A stretch of DNA of 64,000 bases from Arenicellales bacterium (GCA_965204695.1 OZ242007.1:387859-451858); one strand, 5' to 3'. Positions 28,203-37,823 are shown, counted from the stretch's first letter. The notes: generated by a model not told the origin, from the sequence alone. Made by a program: numbers and translations.

Positions 28203-28985
28203 ATGAAAAAACTATTTTTTGCATTAACAATTACATCACTTTTCACTATTTCTGTCTCTGCAGAAACTGCTGAAGAAAAAGGCTTGCGAATAGTTGAGGA
28301 GGCCGACGCATTTGATAGCGGTTTTGTTGATTTTACTGCCGATATGGTGATGATTTTAAAAAATCGCAAAGGTCAGGAAAGCATCCGCGAAATCAAAAGT
28401 AAAACACTTGAAGTCGAAGGTGATGGTGATAAAAGTCTGTCTTTATTTTTAGAACCTGCTGATGTCAAAGGCACTGCTTCACTCACCTACTCCCATGGGC
28501 TTGAGCCAGATGATCAGTGGCTATATTTACCGGCATTAAAACGTGTAAAACGCATCTCCTCGAAAAATAAATCCGGGCCATTTATGGGCAGCGAATTTGC
28601 CTTTGAGGATTTGGGTTCACAAGAGGTAGAGAAATACACCTACAAATATTTGCGCGATGAAGCCTGTGGTGATTATGAATGCTATGTGATCGAACGTTTT
28701 CCTGCTTATAAGCACTCAGGTTATACCCGCCAAATTGGCTGGATTGATAAACAAGCGTATAGAGCAGTTAAAGTCGAATATTATGATCGAAAAAACACAT
28801 TACTGAAAACCTTAACTTCAAGCGGATACAACCAATACGCAGGAAAGCATTGGCGGCCTGACACCATGGAAATGATTAACCATCAAACAGGAAAGTCGAC
28901 AACACTTAGCTGGGAAAACTACGCCTTTAAAACTGGCTTAACTGAAAACGATTTTGATAAAAATGGTTTAAAGCGTTTGCGATGA
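28203..28985 (+). CDS. Outer-membrane lipoprotein-sorting (LolA-like) periplasmic protein
   Basis: 260 aa with signal peptide. DDQWLYLPALKRVKRISSKNKSGPFMGSEFAFEDL is characteristic of the LolA-like family that accompanies these RND exporters. Confidence 0.75.
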   Translation: MKKLFFALTITSLFTISVSAETAEEKGLRIVEEADAFDSGFVDFTADMVMILKNRKGQESIREIKSKTLEVEGDGDKSLSLFLEPADVKGTASLTYSHGLEPDDQWLYLPALKRVKRISSKNKSGPFMGSEFAFEDLGSQEVEKYTYKYLRDEACGDYECYVIERFPAYKHSGYTRQIGWIDKQAYRAVKVEYYDRKNTLLKTLTSSGYNQYAGKHWRPDTMEMINHQTGKSTTLSWENYAFKTGLTENDFDKNGLKRLR

Positions 28986-29087
28986 TGGAATACTCGATAA
29001 ATTCTAACGTAAATCAGAATTTAAATTATTACCTCTGTGTCACTCCCATGAAGGCGGGAATGACTGTAGTTTATCTAAGCTTACTCA

Positions 29088-30296
29088 ATGATGAAGTCTA
29101 TACAATTTCAATTTGATGTAAGATTTTGGAATGTCATCTTCATTCTGATCTGCTTATGTATCTCTCCATCGACTAACGCCGAATTCTCCGGCAACATTGG
29201 CATTGAAGGCCGTTACTTTATTGATGACCCTTTGTTTGCTAAGCAAAGTGAAGATGTTACTGGTTCAATCAGCTTTCAACCTGAGTTCCGGTATCAGTGG
29301 AACAACGGTGATAATAGCTTCACCTTTATTCCGTTTGTACGTGTTGATAGCGAAGATGATGAACGTACTCACGCTGATATCAGAGAACTTTATTTTCTTG
29401 GGGTCAAAGACGACTGGGAATGGCGAATCGGGATTAATAAAGTATTTTGGGGAGTATTGGAATTTCAACATTTAGTTGACATTATCAACCAAACTGATGC
29501 AGTCGAAAATATCGATGGTGAAGACAAATTAGGCCAACCCATGTTGCATTTCGGGTTAAACAAAGATTTCGGCTTACTGGAATTTTTTATACTACCCTAT
29601 TTTCGTGAACGTACTTTTGCTGGTGAAGATGGCCGCTTGCGCGGCGGATTGGTTGTTGATACCGATGAGGCTATTTATCAATCCTCTGATGATGAAAATC
29701 ATGTTGATTATGCGTTAAGGTGGTCACATTACTTTGGTAATTTCGATATAGGTATTTCCTGGTTTGATGGCACTGCTCGAGAACCCTTGTTCCAACTCTC
29801 ACAAGACCAATCCAAATTAATCCCTTTCTACCAACAGATCGAACAAGCCGGACTGGACCTCCAATATACCGGTGAAGAATGGTTATGGAAATTAGAGGCG
29901 ATTCATCGTGATGGATTAAACCAAAATTTCTGGGCAGCTGGTGCTGGTTTTGAGTACACCTTTGTCGGGATTAATGAAAGTGATGCTGATTTAGGTGTGT
30001 TAATGGAATATCAATATGATGAACGTGACAAAAATCAGGCGGCATTTCAGAATGATTTGTTTTTTGGCGCACGTTTGGCAATGAATGATGTGCAAAGCAC
30101 TGAATTACTAGCTGGATTTGGCTATGATCTGGATGATCAAAGCCGTTCATTTCGCCTTGAGGCCAGTCGCAGATTCGGTGACAGTGTCAAAATTAATCTA
30201 GAAGCACAATATTTCAGTCAGATCGATGATGAAAGTCTGCTTTTTGACTTGCGGCAAGACAGTCATTTACAACTGGAAATCGTTTGGTACTTTTAA
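29088..30296 (+). CDS. Putative outer-membrane beta-barrel protein (unknown family)
   Basis: 402 aa, signal peptide ending TNA-EF, alternating amphipathic segments, C-terminal aromatic residue (..LQLEIVWYF). Confidence 0.5.
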   Translation: MMKSIQFQFDVRFWNVIFILICLCISPSTNAEFSGNIGIEGRYFIDDPLFAKQSEDVTGSISFQPEFRYQWNNGDNSFTFIPFVRVDSEDDERTHADIRELYFLGVKDDWEWRIGINKVFWGVLEFQHLVDIINQTDAVENIDGEDKLGQPMLHFGLNKDFGLLEFFILPYFRERTFAGEDGRLRGGLVVDTDEAIYQSSDDENHVDYALRWSHYFGNFDIGISWFDGTAREPLFQLSQDQSKLIPFYQQIEQAGLDLQYTGEEWLWKLEAIHRDGLNQNFWAAGAGFEYTFVGINESDADLGVLMEYQYDERDKNQAAFQNDLFFGARLAMNDVQSTELLAGFGYDLDDQSRSFRLEASRRFGDSVKINLEAQYFSQIDDESLLFDLRQDSHLQLEIVWYF

Positions 30297-30448
30297 ATAA
30301 CCCGGAATATTAATTAATGCCACTCAATCCGGTCACCAAGTTCAAACCTTCCTAACCCGGTTTTGCTAAAGCTAACTGAAACAAAGAAAATCCGATCTAT
30401 AGTAATTCCTCTAAATAAAGCTCCATAGTTTTATTATGATTATTTACT

Positions 30449-30534
30449 CCTCTAACTTCCCCCTAGAAAGGGGAGATATATTGATAAGCTCAAACAAAGG
30501 GTTCCTCCCCTGTTAGGGGAGGATAGGTGGGGTG
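30449..30534. repeat. Two adjacent copies of the CTCCCC..GGGGAG hairpin repeat, in opposite orientations
   Basis: CCTCTAACTTCCCCCTAGAAAGGGGAG (30449..30475) and CCTCCCCTGTTAGGGGAGGATAGGTGGGGTG (30504..30534). Confidence 0.65.
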
Positions 30535-30563
30535 ATTAACTGTTGTTCCAAAGCCTCCCGATT

Positions 30564-33314
30564 TTATTGCATATCTGATAAATTAGGGGAAAAGTCATAG
30601 TCAACCGAAACTTCTTCAACAAATTTATGCAGAGATTTCCTTAATTTATTGATTAAATTGAACTTTTCTTCCAGTTCATATTCTGCCTGGAGTAAATTCA
30701 TTAATTTCCTCGCCGCGCTATTCAGATCGTCAGCACCTATATAGCTTGCTGTACCGGCCAGCTTGTGGACTTCACTGTATAAACTGTCAATGGATTGCCC
30801 TGAATAGGATTTATCCAGAACATCAATATAATGAGGTACATCTTGTGCTAAAGAGTGTATGCTTTTTTTCCACAATTCAATATTCCCGTTTGCTAGCTCG
30901 ATACCTGATTTAGCATTTAATACATCTGTCTTTCCTTTCGAACGTTCCCGCTGAATATTTTTGGTGACTGAAACCTTTTCCGGAAACCATTTATTTAGAA
31001 TTTTTATGAAATCAGTTTTAGTCATCGGCTTAGCCATAAAATCATCAAAACCATGTTCCAAAACCTGTTCGCGGTTGCCGACAATTGCATCAGCGGTGAG
31101 CGAAACGATTATCTTGGGTTGCTTAATCTCAGTATTATTTCGAATATCCAGGAATGTCTGCATGCCATCAATACCTGGCATGTGTAAGTCCAGAAACACC
31201 AGATCATATTGCTGTGTTGAACATGCCTGCAAAGCTTGATCTCTGTCCATGACCTGCTGATGATCTAACTTCAAACTGGAAAGCATGGTATCGAAATAAT
31301 CGCGTACTATACTGTTATCATCGATAACAAGTACATTAACTGACGATAAGAATGTATATTCAATTTTCTTGTCGTCCTTTTCGTCTCTACTTAAGCGCTC
31401 ATCATGACTAGGCAGGATTAACGAAAAAATAAACTTGGTTCCCTGTCGATGATTATCCTCAATAGTGATTTCGCCTCCCATCAATTCAACAAAATGATTA
31501 GCAATAGCCAATCCAAGCCCTGAACCCTCAAACTTCCTTGTTATAGACGAATCAGCTTGCCAGAAAGGATCAAATAAATGCAACTTATCCTCATCGGAAA
31601 TACCGACCCCGGTATCCTCAACAATAATTGTAGCTTTAACCTTTTCCAAGGATATCGGTTGATGATCCACCGCAACTGATACATACCCATAGTCGGTAAA
31701 TTTAATTGCATTAGAAACCAAATTAGTAATAATTTGGCTTATACGAACTGAATCTCCAAGTACATGACACTTGTCTTCTGGTTGCCTGGCGAATCTTAAA
31801 TCAATGTTTTTTCGGCTCGCCAAAGGCAATAACATGTCCATTGATTGAGAAACAATTTCATAAAGCTCGAAAGGCTTTTTTTGCAAATCTATTTGTTGGG
31901 CCTCGATTTTTGCGAAATCCAAAATATCATTGACAATTGCTACCAGTTGATTTGATGATTTAATAACCGGGGCAAGGAGTTCCTTTTGTTTGTTACTCAA
32001 GTCACTATCAGCCAATAAATCAAGAAAGCCAATAATACCGCTGATGGGTGTTCGAATTTCATGACTCATATTCGCCAAAAAGCCAGACTTGGCTTTATTT
32101 GCAGTTTCTGCTGCCGCTCTGGCTTTAACTAAAGCCTGTTGAAACTCGATTCGTTGAGTAATATCACGGGCAATGGCATGAATCCCGATAATATTCTTGT
32201 CTTTGGTAATCGATCTAGAGCTTATTTCGAACGTTTTGACCTTGTTATTCTTACTGATTATGTCTAATTCATAGGTAAAACGTTCATCGCTAGTCATGTG
32301 TTTTTTATTAATTCTCAAAGCCCTGAATCGTGACCGGGGGGCAAGTATCTGTGACCATTTGGGAATTTGGGTATCACCTTGAGTATCATAAACTTCTTCA
32401 GAAAAGGCCTTATTAGTACTAATCAGGTCTCCATTAGTATTAAAGGTAACGACAACGTCCGAGGCGTTTTCGAATAAATCCCGATACTTTTCTTCACTGT
32501 CCTTAAGTGCTGCAGTAGCGACATTAAAATCATCGGTAAGCTCCTTAATTTTTTCTTGCAACCGGCTTCTCCCCGCCTCAATGGCCGCCGCCATATCATT
32601 TACACCGCGCTCAAGCTGACCTATTTCAGTTGAAGATTTTTCTGCCACTCTTTGTTTTAATTCTCCAGCAGCAATCTTATTAACTGTGTTCGTCAACTGC
32701 ATAACAGGCTTGGCTATTTTGGTTCCCATATAAAAAGCCAATAGAATCATACCTAGCAGGCAGGACAAAATAATCACTACACCATTACGTATAACTGTCG
32801 TTTGACGCTGTAAGGAGGATGTTTTATCGATAAAAACCTGTACCGTACCTATTTTCTCAGTATCAGCTATAGATTGACTGGAACTGGCAACACTATAGTC
32901 ATCTACGTCAACAACATTCTGTAGTATCTCTTGAGCAAATACCAACATGTCTTGAGTAATTTGCTGGTCACCAGTAACTAACACCTCGCCATCAATGTGA
33001 TCAAGTTGATGGTCGGCATTTGAATATTTTGTTAATAATAGGCTATCAGCACGATCGCGCACTAAAACGGCCATGATATCTGGCTCGATTAATACTCTAT
33101 CCACGATATCGGTCATCAAAGTATAGTTTTCAATTAACACGCTATACTCAAGTGCAGATGCAGTTTGTCTGGCAATAGTCTGCCCCCTATCTACTAAATT
33201 CGACTCTATGTCCTTGATTCTTGAATCAATAAAATAGTACCCGAGCACACTTCCAAGCACGATTACTGGCAAACAAGCAAATAAGATAAGTTGATTTTGA
33301 AGCTTTTTAATCAT
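30564..33314 (-). CDS. Hybrid sensor histidine kinase (periplasmic sensor, HAMP, PAS, HisKA, HATPase, REC, HPt)
   Basis: 916 aa. H-box MSHEIRTPISGI, N/G boxes NLVSNAIKFT, DTGVGI, GSGLGLAI. Receiver VLVIDDN..FLDLHMPGIDG. HPt HKLAGTASYIGA. Confidence 0.9.
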   Translation of the reverse strand: MIKKLQNQLILFACLPVIVLGSVLGYYFIDSRIKDIESNLVDRGQTIARQTASALEYSVLIENYTLMTDIVDRVLIEPDIMAVLVRDRADSLLLTKYSNADHQLDHIDGEVLVTGDQQITQDMLVFAQEILQNVVDVDDYSVASSSQSIADTEKIGTVQVFIDKTSSLQRQTTVIRNGVVIILSCLLGMILLAFYMGTKIAKPVMQLTNTVNKIAAGELKQRVAEKSSTEIGQLERGVNDMAAAIEAGRSRLQEKIKELTDDFNVATAALKDSEEKYRDLFENASDVVVTFNTNGDLISTNKAFSEEVYDTQGDTQIPKWSQILAPRSRFRALRINKKHMTSDERFTYELDIISKNNKVKTFEISSRSITKDKNIIGIHAIARDITQRIEFQQALVKARAAAETANKAKSGFLANMSHEIRTPISGIIGFLDLLADSDLSNKQKELLAPVIKSSNQLVAIVNDILDFAKIEAQQIDLQKKPFELYEIVSQSMDMLLPLASRKNIDLRFARQPEDKCHVLGDSVRISQIITNLVSNAIKFTDYGYVSVAVDHQPISLEKVKATIIVEDTGVGISDEDKLHLFDPFWQADSSITRKFEGSGLGLAIANHFVELMGGEITIEDNHRQGTKFIFSLILPSHDERLSRDEKDDKKIEYTFLSSVNVLVIDDNSIVRDYFDTMLSSLKLDHQQVMDRDQALQACSTQQYDLVFLDLHMPGIDGMQTFLDIRNNTEIKQPKIIVSLTADAIVGNREQVLEHGFDDFMAKPMTKTDFIKILNKWFPEKVSVTKNIQRERSKGKTDVLNAKSGIELANGNIELWKKSIHSLAQDVPHYIDVLDKSYSGQSIDSLYSEVHKLAGTASYIGADDLNSAARKLMNLLQAEYELEEKFNLINKLRKSLHKFVEEVSVDYDFSPNLSDMQ

Positions 33315-34260
33315 TGTTGTGTTTGCTTATTGCTTTATGAATAAAATCTTCGGACAAAGGCTTTATCGATAACGAACGGGCAACCTTATTATTGAATGCG
33401 ACCGAAAAATATTGGGGATAATGAGAAGCATCAATTTGAGTCGTATTGCCACTAATAAATCCATTTAAATCCTCAGCCAACTGCCTCGCCAATTGTGCCG
33501 GAGTTGAATAAACTGCTGCCAAAGCACCTGCCTGCACATAAGAATTGGAATAAGCAATAACCGGTATATTGCGTCGATAAGAGCTTAGTAATATACCTTT
33601 AGCAGTATTGCGATTTAGAATTTTAGGATCGACTAAAGCAAACAAAGCTTCAATTTGATCAAATAAATCCTTGCTGAGGTTAATGGGTGAGTCCGCTGCC
33701 GGTACCCTTTTAATAACAAGCTCAAGATCATTTTTATTGAACTCGTCAACGAGTTCATCAAGCTGATATCGATAAGATTCATTAATCAAAACACCATAAT
33801 TTGAGACATTGGGCAAAACAGTCTTAATCAGTGCGACCCTGCGCTTAATTGGCTGATTTATAAACCAGGCTTTTGCATTAGTTTTAGTATATATATTTGT
33901 TAGTGAATAAAATGATTGTGCAGGAATCAATGTAGCCCAGACTGAATTAATCAAATCCGTTTGCAGAACCTGCTCAAAAGCCTGCGTGCCCACTGTAATG
34001 ATTAAGTCCTGTTCGGCAAGTCCTTGGGTCAAGCGGCTGAAATTTTTTATGTCGACTTTTTGCAACCTTTGCGATTCAAAATCGAGCTGTTGCTGAAGTT
34101 CAGTAAAAAACTGTGAATGAGAGGTTGATGATTCGTTTAAGATAAGGAATATTCGAGATTGAGGATTCTGGGCTTGAAGGTAAGATGAACCAATTATCAG
34201 GATACTGAGTAAGACTGATTTGGTCATTGCAATAATTATTTTTGTAATCGTGCCCAACAA
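33307..34260 (-). CDS. Periplasmic ABC-type substrate-binding-like protein (COG2984/PF04392-like), no cognate permease nearby
   Basis: 317 aa with signal peptide. Family-like IPVIAYSNSYVQAGALAAVYSTPAQLARQLAE. 8-nt overlap with the kinase gene. True start may be MTKSVLL at 34227. Confidence 0.65.
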   Translation of the reverse strand: MLGTITKIIIAMTKSVLLSILIIGSSYLQAQNPQSRIFLILNESSTSHSQFFTELQQQLDFESQRLQKVDIKNFSRLTQGLAEQDLIITVGTQAFEQVLQTDLINSVWATLIPAQSFYSLTNIYTKTNAKAWFINQPIKRRVALIKTVLPNVSNYGVLINESYRYQLDELVDEFNKNDLELVIKRVPAADSPINLSKDLFDQIEALFALVDPKILNRNTAKGILLSSYRRNIPVIAYSNSYVQAGALAAVYSTPAQLARQLAEDLNGFISGNTTQIDASHYPQYFSVAFNNKVARSLSIKPLSEDFIHKAISKHNND

Positions 34261-34316
34261 TTGCTACTTTTTTAGTTATAAAATCCATCAAACCTCAACC
34301 TGATGTAGAGCAACTA

Positions 34317-36389
34317 TTAATTAGAGCTAAACCGCAGGGTGAAATATATTCTCCTATCGAGAAAATGACCAGGAATGAATTCATTCAGTTGATCATTAAA
34401 AATATTCTGTACGTGAACCGAGGCTTCAAACATATTGCCGCTAAATTCAAATTCTTTTGCTAAATTAAAATCAACTCGCTTATAAGCTTTAGCACCCTCT
34501 CCCAAACTTCTGCCGCTACCTAGAGAAACGGTTTCATCTTTGTAATAACCAACCAGGCTAGCTCGCCAATCATTGGAAAAATGATGACTGATTAAACCAC
34601 TGGCAATATGCTTAGGAGTAGAAAGCTCAAATTGATAGCGTGGTACGTTATTTGTGCTGTCAATATCTATATATGAATAATTGAGCAACAAATTCGTCTG
34701 CTCAGAAAAATCGTGCTTATACTGGAATTCAGCACCTTTAATACTCAAGTCATCAAGGTTTTCAAAATCGCGAATTATTCCGTCAATTGGATCATCGAAA
34801 GGTTTTTCTATAACGGGTATCGCATCATCTATGTCTTCATAAAATAGCCGGACATCCCATGAACATGAATCAGAACAACCCGAGCCCAGATAGCCAATAT
34901 CGTAGGCAGTGATAAATTCTGAATCTAAACCTCCCGAAGCAAGAAAGTCCTGACTGACAGTCACTTCTCCTATTTTCAAACTTAAGTCACCCTTTTCCTC
35001 TGTTGCAAATGGAGTACGTGTTGCGGTTGAAATACCAAACCTGACTGTGTGTCCGTTATCCAGATGATGATTAAGAGCTATTCTTGGCGTAACGTCAGTA
35101 CCACTTATACTATTATGCTCAACCATTACCCCGGTATTTAATAACCAATCCTCCTTAAATCTCCATTCAAGATGGCCAAATCCCCGGCGTAAATCTTTTT
35201 CCTGCCAGTCATTGGTATCAAATAAGTTCAACGATCTAACCCGATCTCGCCTTAAGCCAAATCCAGTTACTCCTCGCATTTGATCGTTCAATGTCCATGT
35301 ATACTGGCCTTCCAGATCAAAACGTTGTGCAGTGCCACTTTCATCAAGTTCAAGTTGAAAATTCTCAAGCTGTTCTTCATCAAGACTTAATCCAGATATT
35401 GGATCAAAAAAACTAGTGATACCAAATGCTGTCAAATCAATAGGTAAAGTAGCAAAGCGATCTCTGAATTTACGGTAGTTATGAAAGCCCTGCAGTTTAA
35501 ATTCATTACCGTTGTCAAAAACATGTTGCCAGGATAATTGTTGAAAATGAGCCTTGTCCCGCCTGAATCTAACTGGGTCGTCAGTAACAGGAGGTGTTAC
35601 ATGACCTTCTCCTCTTTCCCCGCCTATCCAACCGGCATTGAAATAAAGGCTATCATTTTGATCCAGCTGGTAAGATGACTTTATGTTGATGAAAGGCGAC
35701 GACTTACCATCAAAGTGATCAATAATTACTCCCTCATCTTCCTCCCTTATACCGAAAGTTGCACGACCTGAAAAACGATCCTGTTGCAGTCCTGTTTTAA
35801 AAACGGCTTCACGAATACCATTGGAACCTTCACGCAGCCTCACATTTAGACCGGTTTGCTCACTTGGATCAGAGGTGATGATATTAATGACCCCAAGAAA
35901 GGAATTACTGCCGTAAATGGCTGAGTTTGGACCTCGAATCACTTCGATACGTTCAATATCATCAATATCAATGGTAATGTCAGACCAGTCCGGCCCACTG
36001 AATAAGGGATCATAGACAGATCTTCCATCGATTAGCACCTGCATGCGTCTTGAGAACTCATCATTGATGCCGTGATAGCTTACCGATGAACGATTACCAG
36101 TTTCCACACTGACCACCATCCCCGGTACCAATCTAAACAGATCTGGAATTTCCTTAAAACCGGAAGCGCGTATCGTTTTTTTATCGATTACAGTAACTGA
36201 ATTGGGGGTTTCATTCGCTGGCTGGCTTAGACGGGTAGCCGACAATACCATTGGAATATCGGTTAAAAACTCATCTTCTGATATTAATTCTTCAGTTTCA
36301 GCGGCAGCTTTTAAAATCAAACTAAAGTAGCAGAGCAAGAGAACTAACTTAAAGGTGGTACGCAGCACAATCTTAATCATTAAGAACAT
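34317..36389 (-). CDS. TonB-dependent outer-membrane receptor
   Basis: 690 aa. Plug motifs ETPNSVTVIDKKTIRASGFKEIPDLFRLVPGM and IEVIRGPNSAIYGSNSFLGVINIIT. Confidence 0.85.
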   Translation of the reverse strand: MFLMIKIVLRTTFKLVLLLCYFSLILKAAAETEELISEDEFLTDIPMVLSATRLSQPANETPNSVTVIDKKTIRASGFKEIPDLFRLVPGMVVSVETGNRSSVSYHGINDEFSRRMQVLIDGRSVYDPLFSGPDWSDITIDIDDIERIEVIRGPNSAIYGSNSFLGVINIITSDPSEQTGLNVRLREGSNGIREAVFKTGLQQDRFSGRATFGIREEDEGVIIDHFDGKSSPFINIKSSYQLDQNDSLYFNAGWIGGERGEGHVTPPVTDDPVRFRRDKAHFQQLSWQHVFDNGNEFKLQGFHNYRKFRDRFATLPIDLTAFGITSFFDPISGLSLDEEQLENFQLELDESGTAQRFDLEGQYTWTLNDQMRGVTGFGLRRDRVRSLNLFDTNDWQEKDLRRGFGHLEWRFKEDWLLNTGVMVEHNSISGTDVTPRIALNHHLDNGHTVRFGISTATRTPFATEEKGDLSLKIGEVTVSQDFLASGGLDSEFITAYDIGYLGSGCSDSCSWDVRLFYEDIDDAIPVIEKPFDDPIDGIIRDFENLDDLSIKGAEFQYKHDFSEQTNLLLNYSYIDIDSTNNVPRYQFELSTPKHIASGLISHHFSNDWRASLVGYYKDETVSLGSGRSLGEGAKAYKRVDFNLAKEFEFSGNMFEASVHVQNIFNDQLNEFIPGHFLDRRIYFTLRFSSN

Positions 36390-36525
36390 TTCAATCTCAT
36401 CTGTGTCTTACATCCTCACAAAATACTATACTACTGCATAATTCCCCGTAAATTGTTACATTTTTCACAGAAATTCAATGGGTTAGACTGAATAATAATA
36501 CTATTAAATATTCGTAGCGCAGGCC

Positions 36526-36541
36526 TCCTCTGTTTAGAGGA
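36526..36541. promoter_or_regulatory. 16-bp perfect palindrome TCCTCT-GTTT-AGAGGA (box A) in the divergent receptor/regulator promoter region
   Basis: Read directly. Box plus flank (..AAGAATTAAC..AATTT) recurs at 37612. Confidence 0.45.
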
Positions 36542-36578
36542 AGAATTAACATAGATCAATTTATTGCAGAGGTAGAAA

Positions 36579-37586
36579 ATGCTTAAACAAGCAAACGAGA
36601 AGAACAGCAAAATTCTGCTCGTTGATGATGATCAAACAATCCTTGATATTCTAAAGCCCGGATTAGAGCAGGCTGAATTTGACGTGCTGACAGCGAGCAA
36701 TGCTGAAACCGCGATTGATTGTTATGAAAATCATTACCCGGATATTTGTGTGATCGATTTTAGTCTTCCCGACCATGATGGCACAGAATTAGTCAAAAAG
36801 TTGCGGCAGATACGATATCGGCCGGTAATCATGCTTTCATCACATGATGAAATAGAGATTGTTGATAAAGCCATTGAAACAGGTGCAAGTCATTATTTAG
36901 TAAAACCCCTGTCAGCTAAACAATTATTGCCGACCATCAGGTTATCATTAACTCAATTTGAAGATTCCAACCAACAACTTTCATCTCATTATCATGATAA
37001 TCCAGCTATTAACTTAGCCGATGAAATATTGAATCAATTTGCATTTGGTATTTTAGTCATTGACCAGCAATGCAACTGTATCAATATGAACAAAATTGCC
37101 AGCGAATTGATCAATGGTGACAGCCTGGTAAAAATGATGAACGGGAAAATTTATTTGGATCAAACTATTCGTCAATCCGAATTCTCACAATACATTTCTC
37201 AACTTTTCACTACTAATCCAATTAGTTATAACCCGGTTTTTTCAGTTGAAAAAGAACTGCCTGGCCAGTGGTGTCATTTTTATGCGACCAAACTCGGCTC
37301 TAATACAAATGGACAACAGGCTTTATTAATGGTTATCGATAGTGGCCAGGATCAACCCTTAACAGCAGATATATTAAACTCCTTGTATGGACTCACACCT
37401 AAAGAAAGCGCATTGGCTGAAGCCATAAACTCAGGGATCAAACTTGAAGATTATGCGTTGAATAATAAAATTAAAATCACTACTGTAAAAACCCATTTGA
37501 ATGCCATCTTCAGAAAAACCGGTACAAACCGTCAGGTTGATTTAGTTCGTTTACTTTCAAGAATATTTGATGTTGTTAAATTCTGA
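36579..37586 (+). CDS. Response regulator: REC + uncharacterised middle domain + LuxR/FixJ-type HTH
   Basis: 335 aa. ILLVDDDQ, DICVIDFSLPDHDG, HYLVKP. C-terminal LTPKESALAEA..TTVKTHLNAIFRKTGTNRQVDLV. Confidence 0.85.
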   Translation: MLKQANEKNSKILLVDDDQTILDILKPGLEQAEFDVLTASNAETAIDCYENHYPDICVIDFSLPDHDGTELVKKLRQIRYRPVIMLSSHDEIEIVDKAIETGASHYLVKPLSAKQLLPTIRLSLTQFEDSNQQLSSHYHDNPAINLADEILNQFAFGILVIDQQCNCINMNKIASELINGDSLVKMMNGKIYLDQTIRQSEFSQYISQLFTTNPISYNPVFSVEKELPGQWCHFYATKLGSNTNGQQALLMVIDSGQDQPLTADILNSLYGLTPKESALAEAINSGIKLEDYALNNKIKITTVKTHLNAIFRKTGTNRQVDLVRLLSRIFDVVKF

Positions 37587-37611
37587 CCGGGTATAAATTT
37601 TTTTATAAAAA

Positions 37612-37627
37612 TCCTCTATTTGGAGGA
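37612..37627. promoter_or_regulatory. Second copy of the palindromic box (TCCTCT-ATTT-GGAGGA, box B)
   Basis: 22 of 25 positions identical to box A plus flank (TCCTCTNTTTNGAGGAAGAAT(T)AAC). AATTT element at the same downstream offset. Confidence 0.45.
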
Positions 37628-37639
37628 AGAATAACTAAT

Positions 37640-37823
37640 TGTAATTTGATTAAATGCATATATCGACATTAAGACTCTGATCTTAGTAACTGCCAAAACA
37701 GATGGAGGGTGGTGGGAGACAACAGAGACTAGAAAAAGAATAAGATAGAACAATAATAAGGTAAATGTCGATACGGTTACAGTTTGAGACACATGGCTAT
37801 TTTTATAGCCATGTCTTATTTTT
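37640..37823 (+). ncRNA. Candidate small RNA (or very small peptide gene) between box B and a strong terminator
   Basis: About 150-180 nt with no credible ORF (only 8- and 13-codon ATG ORFs without an SD), bounded by a duplicated promoter-like region and a Rho-independent terminator. The 5' end is not determined. Confidence 0.3.
37791..37823 (+). terminator. Rho-independent terminator
   Basis: ACATGGCTAT-TTTT-ATAGCCATGT followed by CTTATTTTT. The T-tract is present only in the plus orientation. Confidence 0.75.

Noticed and set aside
27656-28369. 237-aa minus-strand ORF spanning the RND/LolA-like gene junction
   Set aside because: It is the longest antisense ORF in the window, but it is Ser/Ile/Asn-rich with no motif. 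Both sense genes are well supported, so this is most likely chance in AT-rich DNA.
36390-36578. Cobalamin or other riboswitch in the 5' leader of the TonB-dependent receptor
   Set aside because: No B12-box or other conserved riboswitch core is visible on the minus strand. The only notable element is the palindromic box, reported separately.
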